Assembly: GCA_964016885.1 (NCBI GenBank)
Contig: OZ024740.1
Span: 199,578,001 to 199,642,000 of the forward strand
Direction: 5' to 3'
Length of the DNA: 64,000 nucleotides
DNA from: Eledone cirrhosa
Taxonomy: Eukaryota
The notes under the pieces were generated by a model. It did not search any database, was not told the DNA's origin, and saw only the letters and a list, made by a program, of their open reading frames with translations. Position 1 is the first letter of the stretch; the number at the start of each line of letters is the position of its first letter. The position numbers and the translations under genes were made by a program. Shown piece by piece: positions 55,540-64,000 of the stretch.

Positions 55540-56475
55540 ATTAAACGTTGAAAACTGGGAGAGGGCACTTGCCTTGGTGGTCAGGGTCATTGTGGCCTTT
55601 TACTGGGCTTTCTCCACAAATGTCCCTCCGAAGTCTCCCCCCCCCCCTATTGGGGAATTTTTCATTGTTATTTTTTGTTACATCCTCTGTTTTTGGTTTT
55701 TACACGCAGAAATGCCCATTTGTACCGTCCTGTATTGTCCTGCACTGTCCTTAATGTCTACTTTATGTAAACCCTTGTGGTTAATAAAGAAATCATTATT
55801 ATTATGATTATTATTATTATTATTATTATTATTTTTATTATCATCATCATCATTAATCTAATTCTGTTGTTTTTTTTTTGTTGATGTTGTTATTGTTAAC
55901 ATAACATCACCATCTTTAAAAAAACTAATCATAGCATAGAAATAATTAAGTACATAATCCTGTCTGAACATGAAGGAACCACGTCATTTGTCTTTCAACA
56001 ACACATTTAGAACTAATTTAATACATTTAAAACGCATCTCGAAAGCATTAGTATATATCGCTTGCTTATATTAATAGAAAGTATAATTATGTCACTGACA
56101 AAGATCAATATAGTTTACTCAAAGACTCTCGCTGACTTCTTACGTTGTCATTTCTTTTATTTGGTTTTGTTTTGACATTTTTGTTGTTGTTGTATGTCTT
56201 GTTTATTTTGTATGTTTCTGTATTTTTATTCCTAAAATATATTTCAGAAATAAAATATTATTATCGATCTGAACAGTGAAAAGAAAAGCAAAACAAATAT
56301 GCGAATAAAAACAAAAAAGAAAATCAGTATTACATTTCTTTGAAGATAACTGAATGTATTTTTGAAGTTTACGCCAAGATTTCCGTATCAAATATAAAAA
56401 TGGCAATGTGCTTTAGCAGACGTCACTGTATCATTGTAGTGTAGCAGGGCCATATGTGGGAAAAAAGCAGTGCAG

Positions 56476-56514
<39 letters not shown>

Positions 56515-56518
56515 AAAT

Positions 56519-56561
<43 letters not shown>

Positions 56562-56602
56562 CGATATTAAACAAATGGAAACTATATTTATAAAACCATA
56601 TT

Positions 56603-56668
56603 TATTTCGTTACATATATTTCTGGGATATCATATTAAAAATATGGTATGCCTTCCTCAGACAAAATA
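56603..56668 (-). ncRNA. Type I minimal hammerhead (family C copy 2; GUA triplet)
   Basis: Minus strand: TATTTTGT CTGAGGA AGGCATACCATATT-ttt-AATATGATATCCCA GAAA TATATGT A ACGAAATA; core intact, stem II imperfect. The host repeat at ~56562-56730 is homologous to ~18112-18280. Confidence 0.72.
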
Positions 56669-57269
56669 CAATATATAAGCTGTTTTATAAATAATTTTGA
56701 CATACCTTAGAATAATGCAACTTCCATTTAAAAAGTTGATTTGGTAGTGAAACTGTTAAGGACAGTTATAGAGAAAGAAAGACGAAGAAAAACGAAGATA
56801 AAAAGAAGAAGATGAAGAGATGTATGTAAAGAAAAAACAACAGAGCGAGATAGAGAGAGAAGGAGATATGGGAGAGAGAAATATATTGAGGAAGTGAAAA
56901 AATGGTAGGCAGCTTGGGGACATATGATCAGCGTACAAGTGAGAGGTTAAGGAGGGAAGGGATACAGTTAAAACAGCCGGCACATAAATCCCGTCCAGTG
57001 TAGAGGAGAAAAAGAAAGAAAGATGATATATTTAAAATATATTATGTCTCATCCATTTGAATTATTAATTTTTATGAATTAGGTATTATAATGTAAATAT
57101 CAATATTCATGATGAGACACATTTTTTTTTATCGTTGTAACCCAACAATTTTAAATAAAACTTTTGCATATATATATATATATATATACTGAAAAAGCCG
57201 TCGAAACGGCTTTTGCTCTGCCATGGGGTTAAATATTTTCCTATATATATATTTATACCTCCCCCCCCC

Positions 57270-57302
<33 letters not shown>

Positions 57303-59854
57303 CATGTGTGGGGGGTTTTTGTGTGTGTTTGTGAAAATTTGACATGACAGAAACAACAAAAGGGAACAGCACAAAACAATAACGACAAATGACCATAACG
57401 ATTGTTTTCAGTAAATTGAAAAAGAGTAAAGAGAATATATATGATCGCGAAACCACATCAGACAAGCTGAAAGTGAAAATTAGGAAAACGTGATAAAATA
57501 ATACGTAGAGAGCCTGTTGTTGTTAGTGAGGAAGTCCAGATGAAAAAAGGAAACACGAAGTTGGAATTAAAATTAAAAACAGGCCATTGTGTTTCTGACA
57601 GTTCAAGACTCATAAGAATCTATAATCACGTGAGGTGATCATCAGCAATTTATGTAAAACGAATCGTAAGAATGTGTAGTTCATTATATACACCGCTGCA
57701 GCTGGAAATCCTGTGATGAACCAAACATCTTGAAATATCAAGAAGACAAATACGTTCAATTACCAAGCAAAAACACTTTATAACACACCTCTAATCACTG
57801 AACTCAACAATAAAAATAGAATTCTAAATTAACTTACGAAAATGAGCTGTTATAGCAAATAAGCGAAAAGACATTTTGTAGTTATACCGACCTTTTTTCC
57901 ATCCAATGCAATTAGCGACCGTGCTCAGGTAAAGAGAAAAGAATTAGATTTCGAGCGAAAATATAATGAATCATATATAAATGGAACTACTGTGAAAGCT
58001 ACTTGAGAAGTTTTGTGTCTCTCTGTAGACACTCGTAATATTTGTGTAAGCATACGCAGAGGTGTTTATTTGTTTTTTTTTAAAGTAAAAACACGTAATG
58101 TGTTTCATTTTCTATTCAGATAGCTATGTCTAGAAATTGAGTTATTATATTACTAGAGTAGATTTAATCGTACTATACCGTATGTTGGGTTTTATTTAAT
58201 GAGTAGTCCTGTAGATTTTTCTTTCACCTTTCGATATCTATCCATGCATCTATTACCACAAGATTGCTGATATTTTTCTGTCGTCACGATAAAAATCATG
58301 CATGTGGGTACATATGAGGAACGCATGGTTACTCTATACTTAGCTGGTATAATCACTGTTTATATTATATTTTCAGACCTTCGCGAAATCTGGAGGGTTA
58401 AAATGAGGACGTATTATCAAATCGGACAATTAGCCGGAATACTTGCAGTAGAGTGGACTGCGATATAAGCACCTAAAACCAAGTGCCGGTATTAATTCGG
58501 GTGTATTATTAAGTCTAGCTCCAATAAAATAATTTCTATTATTTCTGTCAGTATACCCAAATAAATAGCCGTTCCAGGATTGTCTGGCTAATTTGGTAGT
58601 TTCATCTTAGATATATATTAACCTATAGAGAATGTGAGACCCCGAGAAGTTATGGTGTTAACTTAATAGTGTTGGGTTAGATTGGTGAACTGCTGAAAGC
58701 GGTGGGATCATGTGCATGACGCATCATTTCAGGCCGAATTTTATGATAAGATTCGGGCCCCTTTAATAAAATTACTCAAGAAATCTCTTATAACATGAAT
58801 CCAACTAGGAGACCAGCTAAACCTATATAGGTGTAAGCTCTGTATCCCATATTTTTATTTTCATATCTTGGAATCATTCGAATGTGTAAATCTAACGGTC
58901 AAAACTTAAAATTCCTACAGTAAAGATTGATATGGCAATAAATTCTGCCAACATCACTTTATTCAGAAAATGACACTTGAATCTTGTTCATGGATTTCGG
59001 AACAGTGCTGCAGGAAATCCAAGAAAACATGAAAAATAACACGATAAATAAGATAAACCTAGAATACGTAGGTAATTTCAATAAAACATGTCATAAAGAA
59101 AGGCGGGTCTGTTCGGAGATACACAAACACATACATACACACATACACACATGCACACACGTGTATATACATGTATGTATGTATATTTATATATGTATGT
59201 ATAAATATATTTCACTTTTAGTATATAACTTCTATTTTAGTAACAGTAATTATTTCTTTACTTTCATTTCTTTTCCTCTCGTTCAAAATTCCACTATCGA
59301 TTCTCTAGAATGTCGCTTCAATTAAATTGTCAAATTAAAGCAAGTTTCTTTGAAACGGGCAGTGACACATCCATTTATCTAGAATGTATTCCTTTTGGAA
59401 AGCAATTAGCATAATGTGTCAAATTACACATGTCTACATTTAAACTAGAAAACTAAATTGATATTTAAAAAGGTCTTTTTTGTTAACAGATTTCAAATTA
59501 GCTGAAAAGCAAGAAATATATAGATTATTTTCAATCAATAAGTACTCTTGGGGGGGGGGGGCGTATTAGCTGTAAAATTCAATGTGTATCAATTTAGGTC
59601 AAATAGATAATCCGATGATTGATGGTAGCATAGTATTGAATTATTTGTAATATATGGATTTAATCTAATTTATATATGTACTCAACATCAACAGTTTCGG
59701 AGAGACTGTGGGTCATGGACACACCTCCAGACATAGCAAATGTCTGGCACTAGTAAATAAATACACACACACTCATGGCTTTAACAATGAGGAGCCTTGT
59801 TTGCATAATTGCAAACGAATCGAATTTTATTAATATTCGAAAAACTCAGATTCC

Positions 59855-59886
<32 letters not shown>

Positions 59887-60034
59887 TTCTATGTGTGTGT
59901 ATGTGTGTGTGTCTGCGTGTGTGTTTGTGTGTGCATGTGTTTGTGTGTGTGTATGTATGTGTAGGTATGTATATATATATATAGAGAGAGATATATATAT
60001 ATGTATATGCGGGGTGGGTATAAAATATATATTC

Positions 60035-61115
60035 CCCTGAAAACGGCCCGGAGACATCTGAACTACTCCCCCTGATTCAGTGGAACTCCACTCATATGCA
60101 GAGTACACAGGATCAGTCTCAAAAGCAGAGATTTTAATTCTTGCCATGCAGCACTTGGCGTAAAAACTATCAATTACATTTCGGAGATCACCTTAGAACA
60201 AGTTAACTATTAGTTTGTTGTTTGCGAATTCCAGCTGACTGATCTTTCAGCTGCTGTTTTCGATACGACGTACAAACGATTTGTTCATGTCAATCATCTT
60301 CCTGAAAATCCTGAACAGTAGAGGTAACAGACAGCGCAGCCTTAGCGAAATCTGGAACCCACAATGAATAGGTTTGACTTAGTACCATTTATCCGAATAC
60401 AGCAAGTAGGATATTCGTTAAGGGACCTCCAAGCTGTACGTTGATACTATACTCCTACAGAACCTAAAACAACATGTCGAGTGGAATGTGGTCGTATGTC
60501 CTTTCGATGTCCTCAAAACAAACATACAACCCTCCACAATACTCCTATGATGTCTCGAAGACTTTTTGCAGAGTGAATATTTAGTCGGCTGTGTTGAAAA
60601 ATTACTCTATTCGTCAGCTGGCTTGGCAATATCTCTACATCTCCAGTGTCATGTCAGGAAGGAGGCTGAATTAAGTGTAATAATTGCAGGAGCTGGAGCA
60701 TTACTGCACCAGCTTCAGCATTCGGTAATTAGAAGAAAGGCGATAGTTGTAAAAGCAAAACTCGCTATTTTCAATTCGATCATCGACTCACCCTTAACTA
60801 TGTTCATGAAACTTGGATAATAATCGAAAGAATATGGTCACAATTACAATCGACCAAAAAGGGGTTTATTCGAAGCGTCTCGGAGTAACATTACACGATA
60901 GAGTACGTAGTCCAATAAGGGATTTGCTCTATGGAGGGCCAGTGCTTCAGCGATTAGAGATGTCGCCGCTCCGATATTACTTACATGTGTGGAGAATAAC
61001 TAACGAAAGAATTGTTGCGTATATTTTACAAGCAGTGGACATAACATCCAGGAACTCAGTTGATTTCGCTTGGGGATCCAGCCAGATATATGACACGCCC
61101 TGGATTAAATGGACA
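60035..61115 (+). mobile_element. Decayed RTE-clade LINE with an inverted 5' segment, followed by an (AAG)n tail
   Basis: Minus 60035-60625: IFTLQKVFE...VCFEDIERTYDHIP...GCAVCYL...LEFANN...SGVPLNQGE*FRCL (RT core relics). Plus ~60642-61050: RKEAEL...KAKLAIFNSI...GVTLHDRVRS...LRYYLHVWRI. Confidence 0.72.
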
Positions 61116-63204
61116 AAGAAGAAGAAGAAGAAGAAGAAAAAGAAAAAAGAAAAAGAAAAAGAAAAAGAAGAAGAAGAATTTATACATACATACATTTATA
61201 AATTATATTTCATTATTAGCTACCACTGTATTAGTTGCCACATTGAGGTTTTCTTTGGTAATAGATATGTGTGGGGCAGGTTACTGAAAAATATTCAGTT
61301 CCACAAGACGGGAATAGCCTATATCTATCTCAGCAGTCCAACACATTTAGCACATCATTTGTGAAGCTTCTGAAAACCTACCAAAAGCGTCTGATATTTA
61401 GTCACTTAAATGATGTTCTGCTGGTGCTATCACAACATAATTATATGAAAATTAAATTCCCTTTAAACTCATTTATATGTTTGAGTGTGCAGTGCGTAAT
61501 CATGACTTTGGCTGTTTCATGTCCCCGTAACGTAACATTTCGCTAAAACGTGTTCGATCAAACAAGTACCAGACTCGGAAAAATATGTAAGCACTGGGGT
61601 GGATATAAGTAACGCTAATCCATATATATTATGATTGTGTCCAAGCAGAACCCATTTCTAATTAGCGAACCTAGTAAAATAAGTATATATTATAAAACAA
61701 AGATGCTTTTATTGGAACACAAACAATTGACTAATCCTTTAGTTCTCCAATAACTATTTAACCAGGTACATTTGTATCGAGAAAATACTTTACTTAATCA
61801 AAGCCCACTAGTAATCTTATTTTATATCTCTCCTCTTAGTCCCCACACACCTCTTGAATTAATTACTTAGTTGTTTGATGAACAAAGAATACTTCAGAAT
61901 TCATTTGCGTTTCTTTTTTAGATCTCAATTTATGTCGATTAATGAGACGGATAATTTTAAATAATACAATGTTGAAAGATAATTCAACGATCAATTATAT
62001 TCACTATAGTCAGGAGTATTGACGGTGGCAACTCACGTGATGTTATTTAGATAACGAGAACATCATTCACGTACATACTGTGCTGCACGAATGTCGGTTC
62101 CGACGAGTCAATACAATCAATGGAACTGCCTACTCATGAAATTAAAGCGAATGTGCCTGAGAATACCACAGAGACGTTTATGCATAACATAGGTCTTCGA
62201 GAGATTGAGTGAGATATGTTTCCATCTGAATGGACTGGAGCAATATAAAATAAATGTCTTGCTGAAGGATAAAATGAAATATATGGTGACATATTAAAAC
62301 AAGGTGTCAATATTTCAGTCGATTGAAAAATACTGATCGTCTAAACAAAGAGAGAATTCATTATTAAATTATAGTTGATGTAAACAAATTATTGTTATCT
62401 ATATATCTAATATTATAAAAAGAAACATCGTGTGTATGTGTGTATGTGCATGTGTGACTCTGCATTGACAGAAGGTTTACTGAAGTATTTCTCGGTTACA
62501 GCTAATTCTGCGCCTGGACAGCAACCATCCCCATCCTTTGTCAAATATAAACATGATTTTGTGCATAGAAAGTCCTCCTCCCAACCAAAAGAAAAGGCGC
62601 AACTTCGTCAAGATATTTTATGGAAAGGAAATAATTTCTCATTCATACTAATCTTCACACTCCACACGACCGATGTTGTCGGAGTGAAAGCCAAGAGAGC
62701 GTGGCACCAGTGTAATCGTTGCTGAGTGGATTGGAGTAGCGTGAAATGAAGTGTCTTGCTCAAGGACAAGATAGTACACCCAGTCCGGGAGTTGAAATCA
62801 CTAAGATATGCCAGGGCAATGCCGGCTATTTTGCTAGTAAATCTCATACTTCAAATCAACGATATAATATGCAATATTGTCTCTATATATTGAAAAGCAC
62901 AAGTGTATGTCTTCAAAATTTTCGGCAACAACAAACACATTTTATACAACATAAATATTCATGAACCGTCTTAATTAACATCTAATATGTTATTCAATTC
63001 AATGTATAGGGTTACAACATTTACATAATTACATCTTTCTTAGAACAGGCTGTCTTTATTGACGGTATTTCTTTCTTTAGATATATAGCAAACCTCTGAA
63101 GAAGTTTTATATCTACATATATAATCCTTCTTTTCATATACATAGCTTAAAATAAAACGTTCTGTAACATATCACATATAAATATACATAAATATATAGA
63201 TAGA

Positions 63205-64000
63205 CTAGCAGCTGAGCCCGGTTGCACCCGGGGCAATTTTTTTTAAGTTAATAATTTGAAAAATATTATTGAAAGTTTATTATAAAGAAGCAGTTTCAGG
63301 AAAAAAAATAGAAATATGCACTTGGGGCTGGACGGCGTACATAGAGATGTGGAGCGACGTGAAAAGCGTTGTTTATTAACAGCGAAATAGCAATGTCGAT
63401 GATATGCAATTTGAAAAATACTACTTACTGTTAGTGGTTGATAACATGTATTAGAATAAAAATAAAAATACGCGTCCCTTCTTCGCAATTTAAGGGTTTT
63501 ATTTCTTTTGATGGAAAACAGTGACCGTACTGCAGAATCGATTTCATAAAACGGTACTGTATGATCCTTAAATGTAGAAGGATGATAGTTTATTAACAGC
63601 GAAATAGCAATGTCGATGATATGCAAGTTTAAAAATGCATATTATGGGAGGTTTGTATGATAGTTTACACTTTTTCCTGAAACTGCTTCTTTATAATAAA
63701 CTTTCAATAATATTTTTCAAATTATTGGTACTGTATGTTAACAGCGAAAGAACGTTGATGAATTTTAAAATTTGTATGAAATTGTAAATAACTCCGCCAA
63801 GTATTAGAACAGGGGGAAATAACTCACTGAACGCGATAGTAAATAGACCGTTTGGGGGCCCTAATGACCACATTTTTCAAGTTAGAGATCTGAAACCTCA
63901 TCTATTTGATTGCTTGGCACTTTTTACATAGGTGTGTAAATGTTCATGTCCGTCCGACCACGTCTACTACCATTTAACCGTGCACATCTGAATTTCAACC
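63205..64000. mobile_element. Probable Helitron/Helentron-associated (HINE/DINE-like) non-autonomous element with internal repeats; runs off the window end
   Basis: Terminal ACTAGC...GCCCGG-TTGCA-CCCGGGC hairpin; 55-bp perfect inverted repeat 63251-63305/63671-63725; ~38-bp direct repeat near 63372 and 63590. The class assignment is an inference. Confidence 0.5.

Larger units (their letters stand above)
50024..55794 (+). mobile_element. Full-length Tx1/L1-clade non-LTR retrotransposon (array copy C, ~5.8 kb)
   Basis: 5' UTR, ORF1 with CCHC knuckle, ORF2 APE-RT-zinc finger, AATAAA at 55783; ATTATTATTATGATTATT duplicated at 50006-50023 and 55795-55812. Confidence 0.95.

Noticed and set aside
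51131-55590. Antisense and alternative-frame ORFs overlapping the Tx1 element
   Set aside because: Expected shadows of GC-rich coding sequence; no motifs.

Overview
AT-rich, microsatellite-dense eukaryotic (animal) intergenic or intronic DNA. No host protein-coding exon can be supported. The repeat style resembles an octopus/coleoid genome, which is an inference. Nearly all listed ORFs are microsatellite or antisense artefacts. The real content is mobile DNA: (1) a head-to-tail array of three Tx1/L1-clade non-LTR retrotransposon copies at (ATT)n, one full length with an 18-bp TSD (50024-55794); (2) a decayed Penelope-like RT at the window start; (3) a decayed CRE-like element; (4) RTE-like fragments, two with twin-priming-type 5' inversions; (5) a Tc1/mariner fragment and MITEs; (6) many copies of a tRNA-headed SINE. 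The most notable signal is a set of small non-coding elements beside (TA)n tracts carrying type I hammerhead ribozyme cores: 8 near-complete motifs in 4 families plus relics. Two families are long fold-back elements with one hammerhead on each strand. One family has an unusual branched stem II with a conserved candidate pseudoknot, supported by covariation between two copies. All structures were read by eye, and none has been folded computationally or assayed.
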